Shown: positions 28,320 to 46,079, counted from the stretch's first letter. The stretch: DNA of 64,000 nt from Eledone cirrhosa (GCA_964016885.1 OZ024742.1:224564001-224628000), one strand, 5' to 3'. Program-made: numbers and translations. Notes: a model not told the origin generated them from the letters alone.

Positions 28320-29160
28320 TTATACAGCACATGTTACCACAGTGTATTACCCCTGTAATTCTACCACAGAATTTTTCCACTATAATTCCATCATAGTATT
28401 TTACCACAGAAGTTCTACTTCAGTATTTTACAACTATAATTCTGACACAGTATTTTACCAAAGTAAAATTCTACCACAATATTTCAACGCAGTAGTTCTG
28501 TCAAAATGTTTCACCACAGTAGTTCTATCACAACATTTTGCCATATTAATTCTATTACCATTTACCACGGCAATTCTACCACAATCGTTCGCCATAGTAA
28601 AATTCTATCAGAGTACTTTACCACAGTACATTTAAAAAAAGTAATGTTACTACAGTTAGTTAAAAAAGAGGAATTTTACAACAGTTATTTTATCGTAGTA
28701 ATTTAACCATAGTAACTTCTCCACAGTTAATGGCTCACAGAAACTTTAGGATAGTCGTTTTACCAGAGTAATTTAACTACAGTAATATATCATAGTGGCT
28801 TCACCCTAATTATTTACCCCACAGTAATTTTAGCACATTTACATATGCTACAGCAATTTGCCACAGTAACTTTACTACAGTGGTTTTACTCCAGTAATTT
28901 TACCACAGTACCTTCACTACAGTTATTCTCTCACGGCAATTCTGGCCACCATAGCTTAACCACAGTAACCACAAGAATTTTTACCACGGTAAATTTATCG
29001 CATTCATTTTACCATAGGTTATTTTTCCTGCATGCATTTTATTAGCTATTTTACCCCAGCAAATTTACAACTATAAATTTATTACAGACATTTAATTTAC
29101 CACAGAAATTTTATCATATTTATTTAATCACAGTATTCCTACCAAGAAAGATTTACCAAT
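28320..29160. repeat. Degenerate minisatellite, unit approximately TTTTACCACAGTAA
   Basis: Many ACCACAGTA / ACCATAGTA variants at short spacing. Confidence 0.75.
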
Positions 29161-29215
29161 ATATACATATATATATATACTATACATACTATACATATAT
29201 ATACATATATATATT

Positions 29216-29390
<175 letters not shown>

Positions 29391-29606
29391 ATATATATAT
29401 ATATATGATAATATATATATGTATATATATGTATAGTATGTATAGTATATATATATAATGTATATATATGATAATAGACATTTATGTACAAGTAGAATAC
29501 ACCAGCGCTATAAAATGTTACTGTGTTTATTTATCAATGAATTTTCGCTGAAATAATTATTTCTAATTTTGGCACACACACACACAAACACACACACAAA
29601 CACACA

Positions 29607-29673
<67 letters not shown>

Positions 29674-29730
29674 ACAAACACACACACAAACACACACACA
29701 CACACACAAATACGCACACACACACACACT

Positions 29731-29780
<50 letters not shown>

Positions 29781-29866
29781 GCTTCCGTTAGAGTTTGGGA
29801 TTGGCGGGGCTTAAATATATATATTGTACATGTGTATTATTATCATCATTATTATTATTATGTATA

Positions 29867-30244
29867 GGGCGGTGAATTGGCAGTATCGGTAGAGGGTTGG
29901 GCGCCATGCTTTCTAGCATTGTTACGTCCCTTTACAGTCTGAGTTCAAATCCCGCCTTTCATCCTTACGGGCTCGATAAAATAAAGTACCAGTAATGTAC
30001 TGGGTATGTGCTGGCCTTGTGCCTAAGGTAGAAACAATTATTACTATTGTGGATTGGGAATATCGGTAGAGGGTCGGATGCCATGCTTTGACGCAAAGAG
30101 TTACGTCCCTTTACGATCTGAGTTCAAATCCCGCCGAGGTTAACTTTGCCTTTCATCCATACGGGGGTCGATAAAGTAAAGTACCAGTAATGTACTGGGT
30201 ACTTGCTAGCCTTGTGCCAAAAGTAGAAACAATTATTATTATTA
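29867..30244 (+). mobile_element. Two tandem SINE A copies
   Basis: Direct match to the consensus; the second copy follows the tail of the first. Confidence 0.9.
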
Positions 30245-30880
30245 GCTCACGCTTTTTTTTCAGCAATACGAGACTAAGAAGGAAATTAAAAGCTTGATCA
30301 TACTAACACATTTAGAATCAATAGTAAATCGGAGTAGTAAGAACCACAGCACAAGTATATTGAAACAATTTATTGGAGAGGCATAAGCCTCAAAAGAGCC
30401 TCAGCGCCGGAATTGATAATCTGCGGAACTGGGACTGAGAAGAGCACAAATCAAAGAAATACTCGATACATGATATGATAAAGAGTGGGTATTTTAATAA
30501 AAGTAAAGGATCGACTCTTACTTAAATGTATTTAAATTGATAGTTTGACTTGTTTCAGCATTACCAGCGGATTAAAGACGTAAACCGACACATACACCCA
30601 CCCACCCCAAACATACCCCCCCCCACACACACATATATGTATATATATACATGAACATAGATACATTTTATATATATATATATATGTATATATATTCATA
30701 TACATATATATATATACGTGAATATATGATACACATATATATATATACGTGAATATATTATATATATATATATGAATATATTATATATGTGTATATATAT
30801 ATAAATATATATATATATACATGCATGAATATATTATATATATATATATATATACATGATAGATACAAATAAATATATAT

Positions 30881-31232
30881 TTAAAAAAAAAAAAACTCCA
30901 GTTGCATTTTCGATTTCATCTTTTTTCCTTATACTTTCACTCGTGTAGAGCACCTCGGGTTTTTTTCATTTTGTAAAAAAACTTCACTTTCTAATATATA
31001 TATATATAAAACTTCACTTTCTAATATATATATAAAACTTCACTTTCTAATATATATATAAAACTTCACTTTCTAATATATGTATATATATATATATTTA
31101 TATATATATATATATATTAGAAAGTGAGGTTTTTTTACAAAATGAAAAAAAACGGAGGGGTGTCCTACACGAGTGAAAGTATAAGGAAAAAAGATGAAAT
31201 CGAAAATGCAAGTGGAGTCTTATTTTTTAAAA
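30881..31232. repeat. Inverted repeat (~115-bp arms) with reiterated terminal units in the spacer
   Basis: 30881-31000 versus ~31113-31232; a single-orientation copy lies at 34555-34770. Confidence 0.88.
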
Positions 31233-31252
31233 ATATATATAGTTATTTGGTT

Positions 31253-31290
31253 CCTTTGCCGGTTTCGCAGTTCTTCTGCTCTTCAAAAGT
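31253..31290 (-). ncRNA. Degenerate hammerhead motif; second copy at 34594-34631 (+)
   Basis: The two copies give the consensus CTT-TTGAAGA-[GCAG aagaa CTGC]-GAAA-CCGG-TC-AAG. Confidence 0.6.
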
Positions 31291-31319
31291 AGAATTGAGA
31301 TGGAGGGTTTGTGATCTTT

Positions 31320-31359
<40 letters not shown>

Positions 31360-31453
31360 AATATAATTCAGCGAGACTTGTATTTCGGGTGGTAGATATA
31401 TATATATACATACATGAATATATGAATATATTATATATATATCTATCTATCTA

Positions 31454-31550
<97 letters not shown>

Positions 31551-31640
31551 ATATAGTATTGAAGTAAACGAGGTATCGTATAATCCAATACTTGGAATAA
31601 ATCCTACTGTATAGCTTATCCATGTTATTTTTCATACCTA

Positions 31641-31680
<40 letters not shown>

Positions 31681-31721
31681 GATATTAAACAAATGGAAAC
31701 TATATTTATAAAACCATATTT

Positions 31722-31785
31722 ATTTCATTATACATATTTCAGGGATACCATATTAAAAATATGGCATGCCTTCGTCAGATAAAAT
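31722..31785 (-). ncRNA. Hammerhead motif, same family as the 51.3-51.6 kb copies
   Basis: Same core, helix I and helix II sequence on the minus strand. Confidence 0.85.
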
Positions 31786-31922
31786 ACAATATATAAACAG
31801 TTTTATAAATAATGTTGAGGTACCATATTATAAGCAACCATTAAGTTAGGAAGCTGTCGAGTGCTTTAAATCAGTTATAAAATATTTACTTGTTGTAACC
31901 CAACAATTTTAAATAAAACCTT

Positions 31923-32032
<110 letters not shown>

Positions 32033-32369
32033 CACGTGATTATGCTGTCTATCTACTCCGAGTTTGACGCTATGTGAGATGGTAGAAAGAACCGACAAAT
32101 TTCACAGAATAAAATCTGACTAGTGTCAGGGAAGCGCATAACTAGCTTTCAATAATTTTATAAGTGTAATTACATGCATAGAGAATTATTGGGAACTCTA
32201 TTACTCGATTCTACATCAAACGTTAATGTTTATACACACACACATACATATATATACACACACATACACACGCACACTGACATATATATAAGATGATGAT
32301 GATGATGATGATGAATCTATATGAATGAAACAGCTCTTGTCTTGTAGAAGAGATAGATTATGTATGAAG

Positions 32370-33185
<816 letters not shown>

Positions 33186-33828
33186 GTGTGCGTGTGAGTT
33201 TGGGCTTTCATACATTACCAGATGCTAGTACTTGGAAACATCATCAGTGTTATATCCTGGAATATAACATACACCTTTATCAAATAGTCCCGGCTGAAGG
33301 TGATAGAGCATCTATCGGTTTCGATGTGGCTTATTTCCTATACAGGTATACCTATCTATCTATGAATGAACGCCTGAAAATGAACGCCTGAAAACTAGAA
33401 ACGAGGAATCGAAACCACGATACTACCATCATAAGTAAGTCGCACAGCATCACAACTCGCCTTCGTGCCTTCACAAAACAACAAACATACCATAGCTATA
33501 ATATATCAACCTAACAACATACCAGCAGCAGAATAACTGTAATATACCTACATAACAACATACCAGGACACCATGACTGTAACATACCAACAGAGAAACT
33601 AACACACATAAAGGCGCCATGCTAAATCGTCATACGTGTTACTTAACAATATAAAAGCGAAATATGTGTAAGTGTATTATATTATCTTCAGTCTTCTACC
33701 TGTATAGGATTTGGCTTCTCAACCAGTTATACAGTATATACAGCTTGTGTTATGACACGATTGCTATGTGTGAGGTATATAGTCAGTTATGAACAAATGT
33801 GTGTGTGAATGTATATACATATATATAT

Positions 33829-33917
<89 letters not shown>

Positions 33918-34070
33918 TAATATATATAAATAAATATATATATATAATATATATAAATAAATATATATATATATATATATATATATGCGATTTAATAGAT
34001 AACATACCATTTCATTTCATCAGATATCAATAAACTACACACACATACATCACACACACACACACACACT

Positions 34071-34126
<56 letters not shown>

Positions 34127-34215
34127 CACACACATACATATACACACACATACATAGATAGGTATATGTATGTAATATGTATGTATATATATATATGTGT
34201 GTGTGTGTATGTATG

Positions 34216-34268
<53 letters not shown>

Positions 34269-34766
34269 TTATTTTATAAATCATCGATTAATTGTATATA
34301 GTCTATATATATTTCCTCTATATATTAATATCGATATCTAAATAGCTAATTCTATTTCCCCATTAAAGTAATATATGCACTTTGAAGTATATATATATAT
34401 ATATATACATGTGTGTGTGTGTGAGATGTGTGCCTATATATATATACACTTACATATATATATATACATTTATATATATATATACACTTACATATATATA
34501 CATTTATATATATACACTTACATATATATACATTTATATATATATATATACATACAGATGTGAGAAAAACCACAGACCCTCCATCTCAACCCTACTATTG
34601 AAAAGCAGAAGAACTGCGAAACCGGTCAAGGAACCAAATAAATATATATATATTTTTTTAAATAAGACTCCAGTTGCATTTTTGATTTCATCTTTTTTTC
34701 TTTATACTTTCACTCGTGTAGGACACCTCGGTTATTTTTCATTTTGTAAAAAAAACCTCACTTTCT

Positions 34767-34837
<71 letters not shown>

Positions 34838-35339
34838 GAGAGAGAGAGAGACGAGGTATGAAACGTGCCTGATGAGAACAACTTTCAATATTCAGATGTT
34901 CGATCAACTGAACTACGTTCTACCCGAATTACCAAGTCAAGTTGCTGAGTATTTCGCAATCACGTGCTTCGTTAGTGAAAATTCATAAATATTATCCGCA
35001 TAACACACTGTGATAAGACACTACTTTTGAATTACAGCTAGAGGTATTCTTGTTCGAACAGTTGAATCAACGAAACCTCCTCACGAAACTAACGTGTATG
35101 CCGCTGTGGATTCAACATTCACGTCTGCCTTTAAAATAATTCTGACAAAGATTTAACATGACATAGGGCATTACAAGGCCGGGCCTTTCGAATTACATTT
35201 ACACTTAATCCGACGAGCGTCTACCCAATTTCACTCACAAAACTTGGATTCACCCGATCCTATGGTAAATGCCATCTGCCCAAGATGTCATGCAGTGAGA
35301 TCAAACCTGGAACCTAATGATTGGACCCTGCTGCGTTTA

Positions 35340-36060
35340 CACATACTGTACATCATACAGATTTATACACAGCCATGTGAGTAATGACGTTGTTGAGGTG
35401 AGGCCCATACCAGGGAGAAATACTTGAGTGAACACTTTTGGTAAAGTGCTCGCCAGGAAGTTTGGCCATTGTCGTCGACATTTAGAGAAATGAGTACCAT
35501 CTCCATCAGCAATCTCTAACTCTTGGGATGGAACTGACCTATATGGGGCATTGACCAATTTAGATGAAGCCAAAACGTTCGATCAACGCTAATCAAAGCC
35601 TGCTTAGAAAAGTTGGATTGCAGCAATATAAAATGATATCGTAAAACTAAACGATCACCAGTCGGAAACGTTTCGCATCAAAAGCTTGGTTCATTACAGA
35701 TTCCGTTTCTCACCTATCTCGAATGGTTTGGTGCTTGATTCAGTGCTGTAAAAGTGCTTTAAAGAGCATGCCGAGTGAACCAGGACACAGAAGGGCAGTA
35801 TCAGCATAGGTCAATGCGGTCACCGCCATAATGTCGAACACACTGAAAGCTAATCTTATCAATCAATCCTTAGCACGCATTAAACGGGGCTAGGCATTTG
35901 GCTCGCAACTTGGTGCCTAGTGAGGTAAATCCATGCCTGGTGACGTCTTCTATCTCTTAACCAAGAGTCTGGTTAAGGTGCTATCGGTGTGGGTCAGTCC
36001 GGGCCTTCAGGAAGATCAACATTGGAATCAGAGAGAAACAATCTCATTCAGAGATTTACT
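35340..36060 (-). pseudogene. Old non-LTR RT remnant (RTE-like)
   Basis: Degenerate traces resembling GCxLAP.LFNAC (35870-35910) and LTYAD (~35800) in GC-richer non-microsatellite sequence. Confidence 0.45.
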
Positions 36061-36090
36061 GAGAGAAAGCATCTTTATCTATCTATCTAC

Positions 36091-36230
<140 letters not shown>

Positions 36231-36761
36231 TCTTCATTATCGACTTCGTCGTCATCATTTAACAGGCGTAATCTGCGCGCACCTGATATCTGCACCCATC
36301 TAAGCTCCCTCAGGGGTCTGTATCGCTTTGACGTCTGCAACCCTCTGAGGTCAGCACCTACCTGATCTTATGGTAGCACTGGCCATAGGTATGGTCACTG
36401 CTTTTAATACATATCTTTCCTCAGCTCAATTCACTGACTGAACTGCAGTCCAGAGTCAATCGCTGACCAAGTTTGAGTTCCTGGACTCTGGAATATTTCA
36501 AGACGTCTACTGCACCCCGAATCTGAGCAATGTAGTTATTTAATTCTCAACATTGGCCTTCTATACAGAACCAACAGAGAACACTAATATAACCAAAGGC
36601 AGCGGAGTGGGCTATTAGGAATGTTAGAACCTCGGAGAGAATATTTGACAGCGTTCGTTCCAGCTCTCTGCGATATGTGTTCAAGTCACCCCAAAGTTAA
36701 CTTTGCATTTCATCATTTCAAGGTCGATAACTAAAGTACTAGAGTCCATTCTTCATCCCCT

Positions 36762-36810
<49 letters not shown>

Positions 36811-37202
36811 CTTTCCATCTCTTTCTACCTCTCTCCATCACCCACACTCTCTCCTGCTCTCACTATCTCTCACTCTATATCCGGTTCTCCCTCCACGCTT
36901 CTCCCCTCACCTCACTCTTTCTCCCTACCTCTATAAAAATCATATAAAATCCACTGTGTTCCAATGTGACCAAGGATGGGCTCTGTTAAGTTGAAAAAGC
37001 TCACGACACCACGTATAACATAAAGGCACCCCAAAAGGAATTCAGATCCTAAGCAAGCCGAGGTACCATACATGCCAAGGCAAGCATGTATTAGAATAAC
37101 AACAAAAATAAGGTACGATTTAAGGAGGATTTAGCAGCCATTTCTAGCAAATCATTGGCCAGTCTATTGCAGTTCTTTGCTGCTGTTTAAATGATGTAGA
37201 TT

Positions 37203-37390
37203 AATTGTTTCAACTTTAGGCACAAGGCCAGCAATTACCCAGTACATTACTGGTACTTTATTTTATCAACCCCGTAAGGATGAAAGGCAAAGTTAACCTT
37301 GGCGGGATTTGAACTCAGACCGTAAAGGGACGTAACTCCTGCTAGAAAGCATGGCGTCCAACCCTCTACCGATACTGCCAATTCACCGCC
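37203..37390 (-). mobile_element. SINE A with TSD
   Basis: Full-length copy; TSD AATGATGTAGATTAAT. Confidence 0.9.
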
Positions 37391-37721
37391 TTGAATGATG
37401 TAGATTAATGTGGGAAAAACACAAGTGTTTTCATATATTTATCTGCTTATCAATGTAGATTGTTCACATTAGAAACTACTAGACATGGCTGTGTATGTAG
37501 ACATACACCTATACGCATATGTCTATATATATATATACATATATGACGGCGTTGAATTTGTTATAAATACATCTATATATATATATATATTATATAACAA
37601 ATAAATATAAAATATATATATAAAAAATTATATATATATATATATAAATATATATATAAACATATATATATAAACATATACATACGTTCTATATATATAA
37701 CAATATATATATATATATATG

Positions 37722-37789
<68 letters not shown>

Positions 37790-37939
37790 AGTATGTAAAT
37801 TTTATCTTACAATTTGGTTTAAACAAATTGTAAAATTATAATATTAAATTAAATTAAATTTTTTAGAACTACAAGTGAAGTCATTCTTTTCCTTTCTTTA
37901 AATATACCTAACTGTACGCAGGATTTCACAGATTTCCCA

Positions 37940-37992
<53 letters not shown>

Positions 37993-38240
37993 GTTGTTAT
38001 ACACGACTTCGGATAAGGATCCAACTACGTCTGAACATCAATTAAAATTGTTCATAATTTTTTCAATTTAATGGAAAATTCATATTTTCTGGCATTTTTA
38101 CATGCCTACAAATTGAGAATGTATATAATTATATATATAAATTGATGTAGTCTCGGTTATCTACTATACCGGATATAACTTTATAATTATATATATAAAC
38201 ATATATATATATATATATGTATATATATGTGTATTGATAA

Positions 38241-38325
<85 letters not shown>

Positions 38326-38380
38326 TATATATATATATATATATATTTGTGTTTGCATGTAGTTGGTTAGATGATAGACA

Positions 38381-38425
38381 TGCCTCCTGATGAGGATCCA
38401 AGAAGGTCTGAAAATCGATTAAAGC
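38381..38425 (+). ncRNA. Degenerate hammerhead motif; family members at 38004-38050 and 54187-54233
   Basis: CTGATGA-[GGATC caagaa GGTCT]-GAAA-ATCGAT-TA with a palindromic loop III; helix I pairs best in the 54.2 kb copy (CACTTT/AAGGTG). Confidence 0.6.
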
Positions 38426-38569
38426 TGTTTATCATTTTTATCATTATGTCTACATATTAAGAATGTATATATACATATGTGAACCTAATATAAATGTGTA
38501 ATTTTGCTCCCTGTGTGGTTGTTTTGTTTCATTTATTTTATATATATATACACATATACATATATATCA

Positions 38570-38702
<133 letters not shown>

Positions 38703-38765
38703 TATATATATATATATATATATTACATATTAATATTATATATATATAATATATATGTATATATG

Positions 38766-38889
<124 letters not shown>

Positions 38890-38953
38890 TATTATATATA
38901 TATAATATTAATATATAATATATATATATATATTAATATATATATATACGTAT

Positions 38954-38984
<31 letters not shown>

Positions 38985-39005
38985 CGTATATGTATATATA
39001 TGTGT

Positions 39006-39665
39006 AATATAATATATAATATAATATAATATTATATAATATAATATAATATAATATATAATATAATATAATATAATATAATATAATATAATATAATATA
39101 ATATAATATAATATAATATAATATAATATAATATAATATAATATAATATAATATAATATAATATAATATAATATAATATAATATAATATAATATATAATA
39201 TAATATAATATAATATAATATAATATAATATAATATAATATAATATAATATAATATAATATAATATAATATAATATAATATAATATGATATGATATGATA
39301 TGATATGATATGATATGATATGATATGATATGATATAATATAATATAATATAATATAATATAATATAATATGATATAATATAATATAATATGATATGATA
39401 TGATATGCTATGATATGATATATGATATGATATAATATAATATAATATAATATAATATAATATAAAAAAATATAATATAATATGATATGATATGATATGA
39501 TATGATATGATATGGTATGATATGATATAATATAATATAATATAATATAATATAATATAATATAACATAATATAATATAATATAATATAATATAATATAA
39601 TATAATATAATATAATATAATATAATATAATATAATATAATATAATATAATATAATATGATATAA
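39006..39665. repeat. Pentanucleotide microsatellite (ATAAT)n with (ATGAT)n blocks
   Basis: Directly visible. Confidence 0.95.
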
Positions 39666-40292
39666 TATTGATATTTCTAACAATTATAAATTGAAATGCA
39701 AATGCACCTACACAAAGAGTTAACTTACTAAATATTGGGAAAATTAAAAATTTGAACTGTAGCCATTATTAATTGTGATCGAATATCTGTTATTAAAGTC
39801 ATTTAATAACCGATGGTTATAATTCCTAATGTCAAATATACAGGTAAAATTATGTTATAGGAATACCATTACAACGAATTCTTCAGTATAATGACATTTT
39901 TTCCAATCCCCGGTCTCACGCTCGGTAGGTAAGATCGATCACATTATAAAGAATTTTTCAATGCAACGAATTATTTTTTATACCGCGTGAATTTCGTTAT
40001 AACGGAATTTCACTGTTTATGTATTTTTGAAGAAGTTTTTAATATTTTCAAGTCTTTAATGTTATTTTTTGCCGTCTGAGATAACTTGAGATATCGGAAT
40101 CGGTGGTTTTGGGGGAAATATGAATCACAGACCTCAACAGATTATGGTTTTTTAATGCTCTGATTTTTTAATGCTATATGATGCTCCGGATCGTACAATT
40201 TATACAGGTAGTTGAGCGCTTCATGTTATCTGCATCACAGCCGACCGACCTTCATGTGGTATGCACATCCCAGTTAGATCTGTCCTTGTCAT

Positions 40293-40415
40293 TCTGAGTT
40301 CAAATACCGCCGAGGTTAACTTTGCCTTTCATCCTTATGGAGTCGATAAAATAAAGTACCAGTAATACACTGAGTATTTGCTGGCCTTGTACCAAAAGTA
40401 GAAACAATTATATTA
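40293..40415 (+). mobile_element. 5'-truncated SINE A
   Basis: Spans box B to tail. Confidence 0.85.
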
Positions 40416-40532
40416 TATATATGTCTATATATATATAAATGCACATATATGCATATATGTGTGTGTGTGAATATCCCACAACATCCAGGCCGAAACAAAT
40501 GAGATCGTGTAGGTGTCACGACAAAAAACACA

Positions 40533-40870
40533 CAGTCCACGCTGTAAATGTGGCCGTGTAGGCAACACGGTAAAAACCTCCCAGCCCCACACTGTAAATG
40601 TGGTTGGTGTTAGGAAGGGCATCCAGCTGTAGAAAACCCGCCAGACAGTCCACGCTGTAATGTGGCCGTGTAGGCAACACGGTAAAAAACCTCCCAGCCC
40701 CACACTGTAAATGTGGTTGGTGTTAGGAAGGGCATCCAACTGTAGAAAACCCGCCAGACAGTCCTATGCGAGCAAGACAACCACTCTTGCCTCAAGTGGG
40801 AAAACCCCCGTCCAAACCCATGCAAGCGTGGAACACGGACGCTAAACCTGATGATGATGATGATGATGAT
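40533..40870 (+). mobile_element. SINE/LINE 3' end with an internal ~115-bp tandem duplication and (GAT)n tail
   Basis: TGGTTGGTGTTAGGAAGGGCATCCA.CTGTAGAAAAC occurs twice; ends in CTGATGATGATG. Confidence 0.65.
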
Positions 40871-41001
40871 CTGTATATATATATTCTCACGAATGAAACA
40901 GTTCTAGTCCCGTAGAAGCTCTTCTATATTAAAACATTTATACTCTGCTATGTATTGAGTACCTTACTTACTGTGGTTACCTCCGGTTCAACCCGTAATA
41001 A

Positions 41002-41072
<71 letters not shown>

Positions 41073-41113
41073 TTATATAAATATATATATATATATAAAT
41101 ATATATACATATT

Positions 41114-41313
<200 letters not shown>

Positions 41314-41349
41314 TATATATATATTGGCAACATGACCCTCCCAAAGTAT

Positions 41350-41408
<59 letters not shown>

Positions 41409-41442
41409 AATATGTATATATATTTATATATATATATATTTG

Positions 41443-41521
<79 letters not shown>

Positions 41522-41573
41522 ATATTCATATATATATATATATATATATATTCATATATATATATATATATAC

Positions 41574-41605
<32 letters not shown>

Positions 41606-41722
41606 TTATATAATGTATATATACAGGATCTGAGTGTACATATAAATGCATATATATACATATATGTGCGTGTGTATATAAATATATATTTATATATAAA
41701 TAAATATATGTATGTGTATATA

Positions 41723-41779
<57 letters not shown>

Positions 41780-42179
41780 ATGTCTCTGCCTGTGTGTGTA
41801 ATATGTATACACACACATACACAAACACACTGACACACGCACTTATATATATATATATATATATATATTATTATTATTAGTATACTCTCTATACTTATAT
41901 ATATATGTATATATGTATATATATATATATATATTATATTACATTTATTTCAATATTTAAACATATGTGTATCTACGCATGCATATTTATACAAAAGCTT
42001 TCGTGTGAATATGTCTATGCTCTGTAATTACTTATATACATGAGTAAATCTTATATGTATACACGGCTGTGTATGTGATTATATGTGTACGTGTGTTGGT
42101 GACTATATATAAACATGCATACATTCATACATACATACATACATACATACATACATACATACATACATACATACATACA

Positions 42180-42213
<34 letters not shown>

Positions 42214-42398
42214 ATAGTGAAGGTGGAGTCCCGATTGGTTTCGAGAAATGACCACAGTTTTCAAAAAATCCTACTCAATATGTAGAGTAAAGACATTTGT
42301 ATTTAATATAGAAATGACGTATAATGAACGGGAACCGTTATATTCGTAGGAAACAACAGGAATGGTGTAAAAGTCATTTCCACATAAAATTTCTCTTT

Positions 42399-42438
<40 letters not shown>

Positions 42439-42695
42439 AAAGAGAAATTGTATATCTATATATATATATATATATATATAATCAAGCAAATAAGAAAAAG
42501 TTTCAAAATAGATTTTAAAAAATTAACTTTATATCTTTATACACTTCAAAGTTACTGTTGCGTTTCTACCGCAATTATGTAGTGGTCATTCGAACAATAT
42601 TTGAATGCGATAAATGTGACTGCAAACAGATATAAAAAAAGCAAGCAACATAAAAGAAGTATATTAGTGTAAAGCTTATACACAAATATACATAC

Positions 42696-42726
<31 letters not shown>

Positions 42727-42808
42727 TGTATATATATATATATATATACATGTCTGTGTGTGTATATATATATATATATATATTGCTAAAACAATCTCTA
42801 TACGTCTC

Positions 42809-42856
<48 letters not shown>

Positions 42857-43192
42857 TTATGTATATATGTATGTATGTATATGGTACAAGCGAAGTCTTT
42901 CAAATCAGGATTTGGACACCATGGCCCACTCAAGTAGAAAGTTATTGTTTACGGAGACATATCCGGGATTTCTTGAAGGAATTTGACCAGAGACTTCTTG
43001 ATCTTTATAGGGTCTCTTTCTGTCTTAATGTGTTTTGGTGTAATGTTAAAGAGAGCGGGGCCAATTGAGGTGAAATAGTTGTGCCGCATTGTTGTTATGA
43101 GATGCAAGTGTAATTTTTACGCAAACACACACATATATATTTATATATATATACACACACATAAACACACACACAGGCACACACACACACAT

Positions 43193-43243
<51 letters not shown>

Positions 43244-43641
43244 TACATACTCTTACACATTTGTATCAATATATATTCGTGATAATGAGCATTTTAATTT
43301 TTATGTTTCCCAGCGGATCGACAAAAAGAGACAGATATACAGATAAATATATGTAGACCCGATATAACTAACTAATTTACATCATTATGGAGACCACGCA
43401 ACAGGTATATATCTATCTATTTATCTATCTAGCTATCTATCTCTCTCTCTCTATATATATATATTTATATATATATATATATATAACGAACGTAAACACA
43501 CACACACATATATATATATACGTGTGTGTGTGTGTGTTTTTGTACATATACATATATACTTACATATATAGAGGAATGTGTGAGAACCAGGTAAACCTCA
43601 AGAGTAACCAGACTCAATATTTAGACTTAATAAAATGAGTA

Positions 43642-43674
<33 letters not shown>

Positions 43675-43675
<1 letters not shown>

Positions 43676-43841
43676 ATTCCAAATATTAACAAAATAGATA
43701 TTCTTGTGATCAATTATATTTTATTATAGATATTTCAGAGATACTGAATTAAGTTCAACAGTACGTCCTCATCAGATAAAATAAAATGATACATGACATA
43801 CCCTGACATGAAGAATATCTATTTTGTTAATATTTGGAATT
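43675..43841. repeat. 31-bp inverted repeat enclosing a hammerhead motif
   Basis: AATTCCAAATATTAACAAAATAGATATTCTT / AAGAATATCTATTTTGTTAATATTTGGAATT. Confidence 0.88.
43718..43782 (-). ncRNA. Minimal type-I hammerhead ribozyme motif, intact core
   Basis: ATTTTAT-CTGATGA-[GGA c GTACTG ... CAGTAT c TCT]-GAAA-TATCTA-TA-ATAAAAT. Confidence 0.82.
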
Positions 43842-44165
43842 AATATTAATAACTCTGGAAAATAAATACTGTAGAGTGCTTCCAATCTATTGTAAAACTC
43901 ATTCTTTGATGTACTCATTGAATCTTGTTTATCTCTTATATATATATATATATATATATTTGTATTACCGTAATAATTTCAATTTTTGAGTTTACCTTTA
44001 TTTATATTTACTTTGGTTCTCCGATGAAATGGCACGATTATATGTATTGTAAGTTGATTTGTACATCTTCAGTATTTAAAAATTCATAGACAATTCTACC
44101 ATGGAAACAACTGTATGTCTATAATTAAATACACTTATTTGTTTTTTCAACCATGTTATTCTTAA

Positions 44166-44269
<104 letters not shown>

Positions 44270-44326
44270 TATATATATATATACACACATATATATATAC
44301 ATATACAAATATTTATATATATATAT

Positions 44327-44361
<35 letters not shown>

Positions 44362-44409
44362 TGTCTGTGTGCCTATGAGTTTGTGTGTATATATATATAT
44401 ATATATATA

Positions 44410-44905
<496 letters not shown>

Positions 44906-45066
44906 TTTTTCTGTTATCTTCCTGTTTTTCCACCACTCCTATCCTTCCCATCATTCTGCCGATGAAGGGCTTATGCCCGAAACGTAGCCCCATCCACCAC
45001 TCCCAAGCGTGAACCTAATACTTAACACTTTTCGTAACTGCACTCCTTGTTGTTATTTACTTTTCC

Positions 45067-45106
<40 letters not shown>

Positions 45107-45190
45107 ATATATATTTTTGTGTGTGTGTCTATGGATATATCCTTTTCTTCACTCTGTATCTTTCTATGTCATCTTTTCATTCTCATTGCA

Positions 45191-45228
45191 TCTTCTGATG
45201 AAGGACTAGCGTCCGAGACATTATGACT
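45191..45228 (+). ncRNA. Degenerate minimal hammerhead; related motifs at 7051-7090 (-), 44955-44990 (+) and 49164-49199 (+)
   Basis: Consensus TCTT-CTGATGA-A-[GGAC nnnn GTCC]-GAAACGTT-AAGA; each copy has core or stem mutations. Confidence 0.55.
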
Positions 45229-45282
45229 CTTTTGGTGGAATTGAACTAATATATTTCTTCATTACACTGCGTCGTGTGTGTG

Positions 45283-45332
<50 letters not shown>

Positions 45333-45851
45333 TACTACATATATATATATACATATATATACACGATATATATATATGCCAAAAAAAAATATATATATAT
45401 ATGGCAAAAGTAAACAGTAATAACAAATCAAACGATACAGTGTATATTATATATATATATGTGTGTGGTATGCGCGCGCGTGTGTGTGCATGTGTGCCTG
45501 TGTGTGTGTGTGTGTCTATGAATATTTTACACAGGAGAAATTTTCACCCTATATTTATGTATATATGATTTTAGTTCCGTATATTTTTCTAAACAAAATT
45601 ATATTTATATATATATATATAATACTAGCTTCAATGCGAACGCATGTATATATACAATTTAATTATATATATTTTATATTTGTACAGAGTTCATTGTTAA
45701 ATAAACATCTTCCATTTGAGTATATTACGTGTGTGTGTGTTTACGGTTTTACAATAATTTAAATTATAATTTTATTTGTATGTATGTTAAAAATAATATG
45801 CTTTCTTCAATACATACGCATTTATATAATTGTATATGAGTGTTATTGTTA

Positions 45852-45961
<110 letters not shown>

Positions 45962-46036
45962 GCACACCATAATTTAACTTGGTGTCCTTGAAATATGTAT
46001 AATGAAATAAATATAGTTTCCATTTATTAATATATC

Positions 46037-46079
<43 letters not shown>

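Noticed and set aside
39750-40016. Possible pogo/Tigger-like TIR (TTCGTTATAACGGAATTTCACTG)
   Set aside because: Only one convincing end was found, so no element was called.
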